Positions 44,965 to 53,564 of a stretch of DNA of 64,000 nucleotides are shown piece after piece. The notes beneath the pieces were generated by a model. It made no database searches, was not told the DNA's origin, and saw nothing but the letters and a program-made list of their open reading frames with translations. The position numbers were made by a program, and so were the translations under genes. How positions within the stretch are numbered: position 1 is the stretch's first letter; every line of letters begins with the position of its first letter. The stretch is from a virus (taxonomy: Duplodnaviria; Caudoviricetes), in the IMG/VR virus record IMGVR_UViG_3300012984_000010; one strand, written 5' to 3'.

Positions 44965-45371
44965 TCCTTTGATGAGCCGTCCACAAAAGAAATCTTATTA
45001 GGCGGTGGTAGAGCGGACATATCGGAATGACTACCAAAGGTGACATCAACCCCGTAGTGATCTCGAAGATGTACCCGCAACACCTCAACGTTCACCTGTT
45101 CGACAATAACAGTTGTCTTCCGATCGTTGGCCCATTCGATCGTGTAGGTACCGTCCTCTAGGGCGTAGTGGTCTGACAGATGGTCGTTGTCTGAAGGGGG
45201 CACCACATTTTCTCCAGCAAGCAATCGAGGGAGCGGGAGTTTCAGCAAAGAAGAATGAGGGTTGTGGACCCTGAGCACGAACTTCTTGTCTTGAGACGGC
45301 TCCCCTTCGATGGGCCGAAGGGTCTGGAATGCGTGGTTACCCAGTTGATCAACGAAGAGAGACTTTAGCAT
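44961..45371 (-). CDS. Hypothetical protein
   Basis: Class B motif (45381-45386) 9 nt before ATG. Confidence 0.7.
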   Translation of the reverse strand: MLKSLFVDQLGNHAFQTLRPIEGEPSQDKKFVLRVHNPHSSLLKLPLPRLLAGENVVPPSDNDHLSDHYALEDGTYTIEWANDRKTTVIVEQVNVEVLRVHLRDHYGVDVTFGSHSDMSALPPPNKISFVDGSSKE

Positions 45372-45390
45372 CGCGGTCTCTACACCGAGG

Positions 45391-45801
45391 TTAGCCCTTT
45401 ATTGGGTCGTAGTCGAGGTGTTCCCGAAACGACGTTCGCCTCACAACAGAAGATACGGGTACGGTAGGCACCTGGAACATGAACGGGCTACAGGTCTGAA
45501 AGTCGACTAGTTCGGAAGGAAAAGAGTCTGGCACCACTCCCACACGATCTTGCGGTACTTTAACTGATTTCAGTACGTTAGCTCCCCACAGATGTCCTTC
45601 AAAGTACCCGCCGCTACGACTGTTCTGAAAACTAATCGCCTGCGTCAATTCCCCGACCGCATTATGATCGAAATAAACGGACGCCTTTAGAATTCTGAAC
45701 TGAATCGGATGCAACCAGATACAGCCAATCTTAAGATCAGTTAGGTCGAATTGATGGAACAGCTCGCTAAGACGTTGGATCAGAGGGCTTTCATCCGGCA
45801 C
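45391..45801 (-). CDS. C-terminal-half (A-domain-like) segment of a major-capsid-like protein
   Basis: LSELFHQFDLTDLKIGCIWLHP...GYFEGHLWGANVLKSVKVPQDRVGVV; class B motif (45810-45815) 8 nt before GTG 45801. Confidence 0.6.
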   Translation of the reverse strand: MPDESPLIQRLSELFHQFDLTDLKIGCIWLHPIQFRILKASVYFDHNAVGELTQAISFQNSRSGGYFEGHLWGANVLKSVKVPQDRVGVVPDSFPSELVDFQTCSPFMFQVPTVPVSSVVRRTSFREHLDYDPIKG

Positions 45802-45808
45802 CCCTTCT

Positions 45809-46030
45809 CTACACCTCACGCCGCTTCTTCATATTCCGATCACGGCTGGCATCCGCCATAGGAGAGGAGGTACCTAGCTTGCTCTCCCAACGAAGCAGCT
45901 CCTTCACTGCCGGTCCAATCTGACCTTTCTCGGTCACGAAGTCCTGGGACCTCACCGAGCCGTCCAGATTGAGGACACGTATTCCCCAACCTCGGCCTAA
46001 GAAGGTCACCTTTGTTTTGAGAGTCTCCAT
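45809..46030 (-). CDS. Hypothetical protein
   Basis: Class A variant promoter 6 nt before ATG. Confidence 0.7.
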   Translation of the reverse strand: METLKTKVTFLGRGWGIRVLNLDGSVRSQDFVTEKGQIGPAVKELLRWESKLGTSSPMADASRDRNMKKRREV

Positions 46031-46036
46031 GTTTGC

Positions 46037-46064
46037 TTGAACGACCTTTGGGCGGAAAACTTAA
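46037..46064 (-). promoter_or_regulatory. Class A promoter (variant)
   Basis: TTAAG-N15-TCGTTCAA-N6-ATG(46030). Confidence 0.65.
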
Positions 46065-46221
46065 GTCTTGAGTTAGACCATCCATTCGGATCTTTGGTCC
46101 AGCTCGTGTAGATTCAGAGATGCCCACCATCTAGCCAGGCTGGGGAAAGGCCGCCCAAAAGGCGTTGGCATCTCATACAGACAGGGAACTGATTATGGTC
46201 AACGTAGACAGTCACTGGCCA

Positions 46222-46725
46222 TCACCATGACATATACTCATGGAAGGATGTGAACCACTCCCGCCAAGTGTGGGTAGCTTGGTGCCACTCGTTCTTACCC
46301 ACCCAGGTCTGCAGATAGGCGTGGAGTTCGGCTGTGGCGGATGCGATGAACTGATCGAGCGAGAACTGACGGTTCTCGTCATCGATAGGATCGTATCTAC
46401 TCCCGTTCCTTGAGGCTTCCAGTCCCGCCAGAAAGCCGATCCGAAGATCCCTGATTCTAGCTTGGGCGAAAACTTTTTCAAAACTTGCGCTGGCCGCCAT
46501 ATCGAGCAACTGCTGCCAGTTGGCCTTCAGGTAGGCTGTGAAAGCCTCCTCTTTCCGAGCCCATTCTTGGGCAACATCTGCTGGATCCCTGCCGGTCTGA
46601 TCAGCCGTAAGGGTTATGCCTTCAATCTCCTGATCGGTCCGTCCCGCCATCCATTGCTTGTCTGATGGTGTAACCGTCTCTAGAGAGACCGCTTGTTCGG
46701 CTGCCTCGGAAGGATCTTTGCTCAT
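46222..46725 (-). CDS. Hypothetical protein
   Basis: Start revised to ATG 46725 using the class B motif. Confidence 0.7.
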   Translation of the reverse strand: MSKDPSEAAEQAVSLETVTPSDKQWMAGRTDQEIEGITLTADQTGRDPADVAQEWARKEEAFTAYLKANWQQLLDMAASASFEKVFAQARIRDLRIGFLAGLEASRNGSRYDPIDDENRQFSLDQFIASATAELHAYLQTWVGKNEWHQATHTWREWFTSFHEYMSW

Positions 46726-46733
46726 GCGGTCAA

Positions 46734-46750
46734 TACACCAATTCGGTGTA
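46734..46750. promoter_or_regulatory. Divergent class B motif pair
   Basis: TACACC-N5-GGTGTA; 8 nt to ATG 46725(-), 9 nt to ATG 46760(+). Confidence 0.8.
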
Positions 46751-46759
46751 AACCCACTC

Positions 46760-46951
46760 ATGGAGACTTTGCTACACTTTTGGGGTTATGCAGGAACGCC
46801 CAAACACCCTGAAAAAGATGGTGTTTATCCCTGTGGTGCCCTTACAGGTGAACAAAATTCTGCCACAGGTTATGCCAGAAACGTAACTTGTCCTGGCTGC
46901 CGGATGGCCTTAGACGCCTCTTTTTCAGCAGCCCTCTTACCTGTTCGGTAG
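46760..46951 (+). CDS. Small Zn-binding protein
   Basis: LH...YPCG...VTCPGC; start revised to 46760. Confidence 0.7.
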   Translation: METLLHFWGYAGTPKHPEKDGVYPCGALTGEQNSATGYARNVTCPGCRMALDASFSAALLPVR

Positions 46952-46975
46952 AACACAAGAGGTGTAAGAGCCTAG

Positions 46976-47269
46976 ATGGGACTTGAAGACGACCCTGAAT
47001 ACTTGGAAGTGCTCAGGAAAGCTAAAGAGTGGGAAGCTCGTGGTGTGGTGGCGCCAATGGCCTGTAGTGAGGCGTTGGAGCCCATCTTTGACGCTGATCT
47101 GCCTCTAGGCTCCACAATCCTCATCCCCGCTTTCAATCAAGGGTATGACCATTGTACGCTCCAGAAGGATGCGGAGGGATTTTACGCTCAAAGTGAATAT
47201 GCCGAGATGTACCGACTGGCTTTTGGACCAAACTGGTATATCACGTCTGAGCTGCCGCCTCAGTATTGA
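46976..47269 (+). CDS. Hypothetical protein
   Basis: Class B motif (46961-46966) 9 nt before ATG. Confidence 0.7.
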   Translation: MGLEDDPEYLEVLRKAKEWEARGVVAPMACSEALEPIFDADLPLGSTILIPAFNQGYDHCTLQKDAEGFYAQSEYAEMYRLAFGPNWYITSELPPQY

Positions 47270-47650
47270 TCACTTCCAGGATCGTTCGATCCGCTTCCGA
47301 CGATTCAGCTCTGCCAAAACGTCACGGGCCGTCAGATCTTGAGGTGATGGTGGCGCCTTGGGTTCCACCACTCGCTTGACTTTCAGCTTCTTTCGCAGGT
47401 AGTTCTCGTACTTGGCTCGGGCCAAAAGCCGCTGTTCGTACGGGGTTTGCTTTTGACCCACGATCGTCATCCCAGTCGAGGTCATGCAGCTGACCACCCA
47501 AGGCTTGGTGGGAGACCAAGATTTGATGTGATCTAGCTCGATTGGAAATCCAGGAAGTTCCAATCGCTTGAGAACGTTCCCCTCTGGCAACTGTAGGTAT
47601 AGTTGGTCAAACAGCTGGAGCCCATCTTCGATGTCTTTTTCAGTCGCCAT
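47270..47650 (-). CDS. Hypothetical protein
   Basis: Class A promoter 5 nt before ATG. Confidence 0.75.
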   Translation of the reverse strand: MATEKDIEDGLQLFDQLYLQLPEGNVLKRLELPGFPIELDHIKSWSPTKPWVVSCMTSTGMTIVGQKQTPYEQRLLARAKYENYLRKKLKVKRVVEPKAPPSPQDLTARDVLAELNRRKRIERSWK

Positions 47651-47655
47651 GTTGA

Positions 47656-47683
47656 TAGAACGGATGTCCGGTCTAGAGGTTAA
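47656..47683 (-). promoter_or_regulatory. Class A promoter
   Basis: TTAAC-N15-CCGTTCTA-N5-ATG(47650). Confidence 0.8.
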
Positions 47684-47686
47684 GGG

Positions 47687-48205
47687 CTAGCGGATCGAAA
47701 CAGCTTGACCGGCTTGGACCAACCCCAACTCGTAGGCCTTTCCGATTCTCTCTGCCAACACGGCGAGCAGTTGCAACGCTGTCAGGTCTTTCAACTCGTC
47801 CCCATCGGGGGTGCAGTTGTAGTCACGGTTGAACAACAGCCAGGAGTTCAGGTCTCCCAGTTGGGCCGCAATAGTGTATTCCCAGCCGAAAAAATCGAAT
47901 TCTTTGGAATGGTTGGGCTCGTCTTTGCAGGCAAAGACGTGTGCCATCTCATGCAAGACATGAGGCCAAGGGGTGTTGGGATCTGTGTATAGGATCGTAC
48001 GAGAGACGTGGTGTACCGCCAAATCGTAACTGGAGAAAGGAGCCTCTGACCAGCCATACACTACTTTTCTCTGATCAAATTCTACCTCGGTTGTCGAGAC
48101 CAACTGGCCACCCCATTGTTCGATCATCTGAGCCAGGAGAGCCAATTTCAATCGATTGTCTGGCCGACTCAGATAGTGGTGTTCAGATCCTAGATTGAAG
48201 GTCAT
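47687..48205 (-). CDS. Putative zincin-like metallopeptidase
   Basis: HVLHEMAHVF (HExxH) followed by acidic E. Confidence 0.55.
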   Translation of the reverse strand: MTFNLGSEHHYLSRPDNRLKLALLAQMIEQWGGQLVSTTEVEFDQRKVVYGWSEAPFSSYDLAVHHVSRTILYTDPNTPWPHVLHEMAHVFACKDEPNHSKEFDFFGWEYTIAAQLGDLNSWLLFNRDYNCTPDGDELKDLTALQLLAVLAERIGKAYELGLVQAGQAVSIR

Positions 48206-48214
48206 AGGCTGTAC

Positions 48215-48562
48215 TCAGAGGGGGCAACGAAACACGAAGGCTACAATGTCCTTCGATGGGAGGCGTTGACTGAGACCCAGATCAACCAGTGTCATGTGAA
48301 TTCGGAACAACTTGGTGTTTTGCTCAGAGCGTTGGAAGATCACTTGATCGTGGGTCAACAACCCCATCAATTCTTGCTCTTCGTCGTGGGTGAGCTGGTA
48401 GGCATACCATTCACCTCTGGTAGTCAAAACGTGCCCAAAGGCTCGGGATTGGAGCAAGCCCTTCTGGACGAGCTCCAGAGTGATCTTGGCAGAGGGTTTA
48501 TCACCCCCCAATCGGAGGTAGGATCGGAGGCCGCGTAGTTGGGGTCCAGTCAGCTTGGTCAT
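48215..48562 (-). CDS. Hypothetical protein with two winged-helix-like repeats
   Basis: LT..QLRGL...LVQKGLL...LT.RG, then LT..EEQEL...LVDLGL; class A promoter. Confidence 0.7.
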   Translation of the reverse strand: MTKLTGPQLRGLRSYLRLGGDKPSAKITLELVQKGLLQSRAFGHVLTTRGEWYAYQLTHDEEQELMGLLTHDQVIFQRSEQNTKLFRIHMTLVDLGLSQRLPSKDIVAFVFRCPL

Positions 48563-48568
48563 GTTAGA

Positions 48569-48596
48569 TAGAACGTAACTGGCGAACGATTGTTAA
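48569..48596 (-). promoter_or_regulatory. Class A promoter
   Basis: TTAAC-N15-ACGTTCTA-N6-ATG(48562). Confidence 0.75.
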
Positions 48597-48611
48597 GTCC
48601 AAATTGTCGTT

Positions 48612-48941
48612 TTACGGAAGTTCGTCCATGATGGCATTCATGGCGTTCTGCATCGACAGATCATCGCCCGCCTGAACGGCTGACTCATACTCGGCGTAGC
48701 GACGGCGAAGCTTCTGGAACAGGTGTTGCTTGTGAGGCTCGATTTTTGAATCGTCTCCCGAGACGTTCCTAGTCCTCTCTTGCGCGTACGTCTCCCATGC
48801 CTCAGCGAAGGTCACCCATTCTTTTCCGCCGAAAGTCCACTTGCTGTCGATACGGCGAGAACGCCACCCGTTCTTCTTCAAAAGGTAAAGCTTGCCTTCA
48901 TCAGTGAATTGGATCGTGGGTTGTGTCGTCATTTTTGTCAC
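48612..48941 (-). CDS. Hypothetical protein
   Basis: GTG 48941 or ATG 48932. Confidence 0.65.
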   Translation of the reverse strand: MTKMTTQPTIQFTDEGKLYLLKKNGWRSRRIDSKWTFGGKEWVTFAEAWETYAQERTRNVSGDDSKIEPHKQHLFQKLRRRYAEYESAVQAGDDLSMQNAMNAIMDELP

Positions 48942-48957
48942 ATATGGCCCATCTAGG

Positions 48958-49066
48958 CAACGAAGTTAGGGTTGCGACCCCTAGCCCAATCCAGGTTACT
49001 CCACCGGGCTTCTCACCCGTAGGCTTCTTGATAGTTCCAGGCCTCTGCTGGCGAGCCCTTCGTTGT
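48958..49066 (-). ncRNA. Candidate ~109-nt structured RNA with its own promoter
   Basis: Predicted +1 at 49066; 8-bp closing stem CAACGAAG/CTTCGTTG; internal hairpins CGGGT-GAGAA-GCCCG, GGT-GGAGTA-ACC, GGGT-CGCA-ACCC; no ORF. Confidence 0.6.
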
Positions 49067-49072
49067 AATGGT

Positions 49073-49100
49073 TAGAACGGCTGGGGTGGTGGAAAGTTAA
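49073..49100 (-). promoter_or_regulatory. Class A promoter (no start codon follows)
   Basis: TTAAC-N15-CCGTTCTA. Confidence 0.8.
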
Positions 49101-49103
49101 GCC

Positions 49104-49469
49104 TCAGCTCCAGCCCAATACCGCCCCCACATGTTCAACCTGTTCCTCACGTCCCAATCTCAGGAACTTCAGATGGGCCGCCTGATGTTCGGGAGGGATC
49201 CGCACAGTAGGGCAGATTCGCAACGCACTGCTTACGTGGCACACCAGCTCCTCCCCATGCCAGTCCAGCGCCATACTGTCACGCCAGCGAATCAATCGCT
49301 CGACGTCAGGTTCCACCACAATGGGTTCCATTTCGGGTAGATCCTCCTCCGTAGAAGCGTCACACAAGGCTTGCAACCTATCTGCCAACCATTGGACATC
49401 ATGCTGTTTAAGCTCAGCCGAGCCCTGCAGATGCAGGAGGATCTGCCTCGCTTCTTCACGATAGTTCAT
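49104..49469 (-). CDS. Hypothetical protein
   Basis: Start revised to ATG 49469 (MNYREEA) using the class B motif. Confidence 0.7.
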   Translation of the reverse strand: MNYREEARQILLHLQGSAELKQHDVQWLADRLQALCDASTEEDLPEMEPIVVEPDVERLIRWRDSMALDWHGEELVCHVSSALRICPTVRIPPEHQAAHLKFLRLGREEQVEHVGAVLGWS

Positions 49470-49478
49470 CGGTTGTAC

Positions 49479-49496
49479 TACACCGAATCTGGTGTA
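49479..49496. promoter_or_regulatory. Divergent class B motif pair
   Basis: TACACC-N6-GGTGTA; 9 nt to ATG 49469(-), 10 nt to ATG 49507(+). Confidence 0.8.
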
Positions 49497-49506
49497 TTGA
49501 TACATC

Positions 49507-49845
49507 ATGTACTTCCGCCAATACGTCACCCAGCATCTTGAAGCGTATGCCAAAACTCCTGGAATGTGGGGGTCTAACGAGACGATCGAAGCCCTGTCGA
49601 TCCAGCTTTTGGATCTAGAGATTCAACATTATCGCCCCGAAGTGTTGGAAGCTGAACCTCGCTTGGTGATAGATACCTACACCCGAGAAGTGTCGAGACG
49701 GTATGGGTCCGGCGTGCTACCCCTACATGCGAGAACGCCAGATCAATTCGACCATGCGCCGAAAGTTCTGGATTTCAGCAAAGAATTGCTGGACTGTTGT
49801 CTAGCGGTCCGCAGTCAGCTTTGGCTCAAGCTAGGGTACCCCTAG
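49507..49845 (+). CDS. Hypothetical protein
   Basis: Class B motif; YAKTPGMWGS. Confidence 0.7.
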   Translation: MYFRQYVTQHLEAYAKTPGMWGSNETIEALSIQLLDLEIQHYRPEVLEAEPRLVIDTYTREVSRRYGSGVLPLHARTPDQFDHAPKVLDFSKELLDCCLAVRSQLWLKLGYP

Positions 49846-50195
49846 GCTGGCGACCGCCATCCGTGTTGAAGGGCGGTTCTAACCCATCGGGGGATCTGTT
49901 GTTTGATCCAGCGTTCCCCTACCCGCTCTGCCGCCCTGATGGCTTGGAGAGCCGTCTTAGCCTGACCGGTCTGATATTGATTCGAGTGGTTGAAATCGGT
50001 GGTGCTGATCGTCCAGCAGTACTGGCCGTCGATCAAATCAACCCATAGAGTACAAGCTAGGGGCCACAACCCATGTCTCAGATCTTTCTCTTTCTGAGCC
50101 AGCAAGTTGCAACCCCAAGGGCTGTAGTTCAACGCTTTGGCAAACCAGATCCACTTGGATCCTTTGGGCGGGTGGTAGGCGAGTTCGAAGCTCAT
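49842..50195 (-). CDS. Hypothetical protein
   Basis: ORF. Confidence 0.65.
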   Translation of the reverse strand: MSFELAYHPPKGSKWIWFAKALNYSPWGCNLLAQKEKDLRHGLWPLACTLWVDLIDGQYCWTISTTDFNHSNQYQTGQAKTALQAIRAAERVGERWIKQQIPRWVRTALQHGWRSPA

Positions 50196-50199
50196 TAGG

Positions 50200-50643
50200 T
50201 CAACGTAAGTGTAGGTTGAGCCAAGGCACTGTGGTTTGAAACTTGGCTAGGATCAAGTCTTGAACACCTAACCATCGATCGGCCTCGCCTTTGTGACGGT
50301 ATCGGCGTTCTCGGTAGAGCGCACGGTATTGTTGTCCCAAAACATAGTAAGGATTGGATGGTTCGAAAATGACCCTGTAGTTTTCGAACCCATTGATGAA
50401 TTGCTGTAGGTTGTCGATCGAGATCCCCCATCTGGCCTTGAGGTTCAGCACGGTGGATGCGGTGGTGGCAAACGGTTCCAACACACCAACCAAGTAGCCC
50501 AACGGACAGTTGCAAGCTCGGCCACCATCCATCTGTAGCCCGATCGTCACCGCATCTGCCATCTTCTGGGCGAAGGTTTGGAACAGGGCCTTGTCATCTC
50601 GATGGTGAGCTACGTCTCGCATGACTTGTTTCCAGGGGCGCAC
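50200..50643 (-). CDS. Hypothetical protein
   Basis: Class B motif (50653-50658) 9 nt before GTG 50643. Confidence 0.65.
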   Translation of the reverse strand: MRPWKQVMRDVAHHRDDKALFQTFAQKMADAVTIGLQMDGGRACNCPLGYLVGVLEPFATTASTVLNLKARWGISIDNLQQFINGFENYRVIFEPSNPYYVLGQQYRALYRERRYRHKGEADRWLGVQDLILAKFQTTVPWLNLHLR

Positions 50644-50659
50644 CCCCCTCATTACACCG

Positions 50660-52618
50660 TCAAGGGCCGAAGCAGTCCTTCTCTATCCGCATCCTCACAC
50701 TGAACTTGGCGTTTCCAGGTGACCCCACACCTGTGATCGACCAGCTAGCGAGCGTACCGTTTGGACCACATTCGATGATGATATCGCCCCCATTGCCGCC
50801 TAGAGTGGTGAGAGCGGTTCCGGTTGCGACGGCTTTGGTTTGAGCCACCCCCGAGTCATCGGTCCAAGTGCAATTCAATACTGGGGTGCCGGTCGCCGCC
50901 GCATCGGCAGTCGTGACCGCCACATACCCCATCACACGGTAGAGTCCAGCTTGTCTGATTTGGTAGAAATTCGTGGCACTGACGTTGGCATTTTGCAGCT
51001 TTCGGTAGAACCCGCTGTCCGTCAGATTGTAATTGTTGTCGACATTGTAGTTGCCACCGATCAACCCGCAGTTCCCGTTCCTCAGCTGAATGGGGTTGTC
51101 GCTGAAGCTGAAATAAAGATTGTCGGCTACGATGTTCTGTGTGCTGGGGATCTTCCAGCACGTGGAGAACACGGTAGGGGCAATGTTGCCCTGCACCGCG
51201 TAACTGTTGGCCATGATGACGATCCCATAGTCGAACGGAGTGGTGTTTCCCCACAAGTAACCGTTGAAATCTGCGTTGAGAAACTCAGACCCTTCGCAGA
51301 GCAGGATCGCACTGCCGTTACCGATACCTCCACCAGAAGTCACGTTTCCTCTGATGAACTCAATACAGCCGCTACTTCCACCGGAGAATAGGTTGGTGTA
51401 GCTGCTAAAACAGATCCATTTCGAGTGAACTGATTGGCCAGGATGGTTGAAGTCGTCCCCGATACCTATTCTAAGTTGTCCGCCGTCAATGGTGAGACCG
51501 TAACTATTGACCATCCCATTCAAAGCCAATATGCCTTGAATCATGTGGTCAATGACGCACCAACCATTACCAAATAGAGACGTCCTTCCGCCTCGGGGTG
51601 TTCGGCATTGAAGCAATGTCGCTCCACCAACAGTATTCTCCCATCTACCGCCAGCAGAGGTTTGCTGGGAACATGAAATGTGGACCGGCCCTCCAATCCC
51701 CGCATACGGGGTATTCAGCGAACTACCGCCGATCGAAACGCGGGTGAACTTTCCATACTGAACGAATACTCTGGCGAATCCTGTGCAGGTAATTTCTAGT
51801 CGGGTGATTTGAGTCACCAGTTGGGTCACTACACATGTGTCGCCAGCAAGAGGTTTTATGTCCTGACCGTGTCCGCCGTTCGTAATACTGCCTGCAAATG
51901 TTGGAACGCTGAAGCCGCCAACGTAGGTGTGTTGTGCGTCACCAATTAGACCTGTCGAATAAGCGGCAGCCCCAACAATGCTCAATCCAGGGGCGGATGA
52001 AGAAGTGATCTCGATGAGCTCGCCATCGAGGAACGTACCTGAAGCGGTCGAAAGCTGGCCACGTTGATTGGTGGTCGCGATAGGTATAACCGCGTCAGCG
52101 TTCAACGTGATGGGAGCACTCGACATCTTGCCACAGATGATGTTTAGAAAGTAGAGTGCGATCCCTGCGTAGAGGGGCGCAGACGTCCCGACGTTGATCA
52201 TCAACTGGGGGAAAATGAATGTGGCTGGCCCAGGGTTGGCGGTATTCAGATAGACGGTGACATCATTAGTCAGATGCTGTCGACGACCGTTAGGCCATAA
52301 ACGACGCATCAACTCATCTGTAGTGGCAAGGGCGGTACCTAGCGTCTTGCCATCGGCCGTATCATCTCCCGTCGGATCTACGTACCAAACAGGCTGGCTC
52401 GCAAGTGCGGTGGAGGATGTGACGAAAACCCAAGTGTTGTCCTTCCCCAACTCATAATAACACTGAGTGGTTCGACAATAGACCAGCTGACCCTCAGATG
52501 TGTGGGGGATCAGCTGGAGATCTGCCATCGTATCAACGACCTGAAATAGCGAACTAGGGACCTGGCCCGTCGCCAATTCGTTGAGATACGTACCTAGACC
52601 GTCAGTCGCAAGAGCCAT
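50660..52618 (-). CDS. Large tail-fibre/tailspike-like protein (652 aa)
   Basis: N-terminal VDTMADL..IP...EGQLVY...Q.YY, WYVDPTGDDTADG; Gly/Asn/Thr-rich beta-helix-like body. Confidence 0.6.
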   Translation of the reverse strand: MALATDGLGTYLNELATGQVPSSLFQVVDTMADLQLIPHTSEGQLVYCRTTQCYYELGKDNTWVFVTSSTALASQPVWYVDPTGDDTADGKTLGTALATTDELMRRLWPNGRRQHLTNDVTVYLNTANPGPATFIFPQLMINVGTSAPLYAGIALYFLNIICGKMSSAPITLNADAVIPIATTNQRGQLSTASGTFLDGELIEITSSSAPGLSIVGAAAYSTGLIGDAQHTYVGGFSVPTFAGSITNGGHGQDIKPLAGDTCVVTQLVTQITRLEITCTGFARVFVQYGKFTRVSIGGSSLNTPYAGIGGPVHISCSQQTSAGGRWENTVGGATLLQCRTPRGGRTSLFGNGWCVIDHMIQGILALNGMVNSYGLTIDGGQLRIGIGDDFNHPGQSVHSKWICFSSYTNLFSGGSSGCIEFIRGNVTSGGGIGNGSAILLCEGSEFLNADFNGYLWGNTTPFDYGIVIMANSYAVQGNIAPTVFSTCWKIPSTQNIVADNLYFSFSDNPIQLRNGNCGLIGGNYNVDNNYNLTDSGFYRKLQNANVSATNFYQIRQAGLYRVMGYVAVTTADAAATGTPVLNCTWTDDSGVAQTKAVATGTALTTLGGNGGDIIIECGPNGTLASWSITGVGSPGNAKFSVRMRIEKDCFGP

Positions 52619-52771
52619 CCATCAAGAATGGCCAAAAGAACAATAGGGCTCTAAGACCCACATGTAGGCGAACAGCTCCGAGCTGAGATATGACCCCAGC
52701 ACCTCCAAGACCAGTCGGTCTCCGGATACATCCGTGTGTTCTCCTTAAACTATCGGAGCTGTTCTGCACTA

Positions 52772-52799
52772 TAGAACGGTTGGAGACTGGGAACCTTAA
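52772..52799 (-). promoter_or_regulatory. Class A promoter
   Basis: TTAAG-N15-CCGTTCTA; no ATG at +6; about 150 nt upstream of the fibre-like gene. Confidence 0.7.
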
Positions 52800-53248
52800 G
52801 GCCAATCGTCCAACAAAAGGGCATAGCGTGAAACTCGCCCAGAAGGTATTAGAGGCACTACCTCACCCTTTTTCTGGACAATCAGCACCTTGGCGGGAAC
52901 AAAGACGATGTGGGCGCCCCCAGGCATGTAGTGGAAACCTATCATAGATTGCCACGTCGTCCTAGTTCTTCGGGCAATTGAGCCGCCCTGTAGCAGCCGT
53001 CCCAAGAACTCTACGTCTTCGATCACGATCTGAGGTCCAAAGTCGGGCACCATCTCAGCCACCCAATCCCCTGGGAACAGCCCAATGCTCAGACCGGTGC
53101 AATCCTGAGACAAAATGGAACTAAGACCGCCAGGGGACAGATCGTTCACTACATGAACTCTATGTCCCCCTGATTGTTCGCGGACCTCCAGTCTGCCGGC
53201 ATCCCCCAACCGGTTGAAAGTCTCCTGTGTCAGGATGTGACTCGCCAC
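52796..53248 (-). CDS. Hypothetical protein, paralog of 53771-54526, with SRYxLL tag
   Basis: Start revised to GTG 53248 (ASHILTQETFNRL); ends GRVSRYALLLDDWP. Confidence 0.75.
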   Translation of the reverse strand: MASHILTQETFNRLGDAGRLEVREQSGGHRVHVVNDLSPGGLSSILSQDCTGLSIGLFPGDWVAEMVPDFGPQIVIEDVEFLGRLLQGGSIARRTRTTWQSMIGFHYMPGGAHIVFVPAKVLIVQKKGEVVPLIPSGRVSRYALLLDDWP

Positions 53249-53249
53249 G

Positions 53250-53564
53250 TCAAATCTCGATGCCCAACAGCTTACAAGCTGCCTGGGCCATCCAACCCCC
53301 ACTGTTGGGTTCCATCTTGCCTCGGGCGATAGCGAGCACCATGGCGGATTCGAGACTGTCACAACTGTTGTTGGTCGTCTTCCCATCCACATAAACGTGA
53401 AAAGAAGGCTGGTCGTCGAATTCACTCTCTTTTTCGTAGTTCTTCTTGAGGTACTCGACGAACGTGTACCGGCCGAGGTCATGGATCTGGACGACCTGAC
53501 CCCAAGTGAAGCGGCGCGGGTCTTTACGAATCGTTTCCAGTTCGGTGGTGGTTTGAATGCGCAT
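53250..53564 (-). CDS. Hypothetical protein
   Basis: TGATG coupling gives start MRIQTT at 53564. Confidence 0.7.
   Translation of the reverse strand: MRIQTTTELETIRKDPRRFTWGQVVQIHDLGRYTFVEYLKKNYEKESEFDDQPSFHVYVDGKTTNNSCDSLESAMVLAIARGKMEPNSGGWMAQAACKLLGIEI

Noticed and set aside
46090-46214. Short ORF starting VTVYVD, resembling a DUF4031 N-terminus
   Set aside because: Similarity stops after six residues and the ORF is only about 34 codons.
50840-51391. Long antisense ORFs such as 50840-51391, 16380-16898, 10926-11417 and 28764-29228
   Set aside because: They are shadows of real genes on the opposite strand, with no motifs, promoters or coupling.
52602-52805. 67-aa ORF, or a 26-aa SD-led ORF, between the class A promoter and the fibre-like gene
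   Set aside because: No start at the expected distance from the promoter and no frame clearly preferred, so left unannotated.
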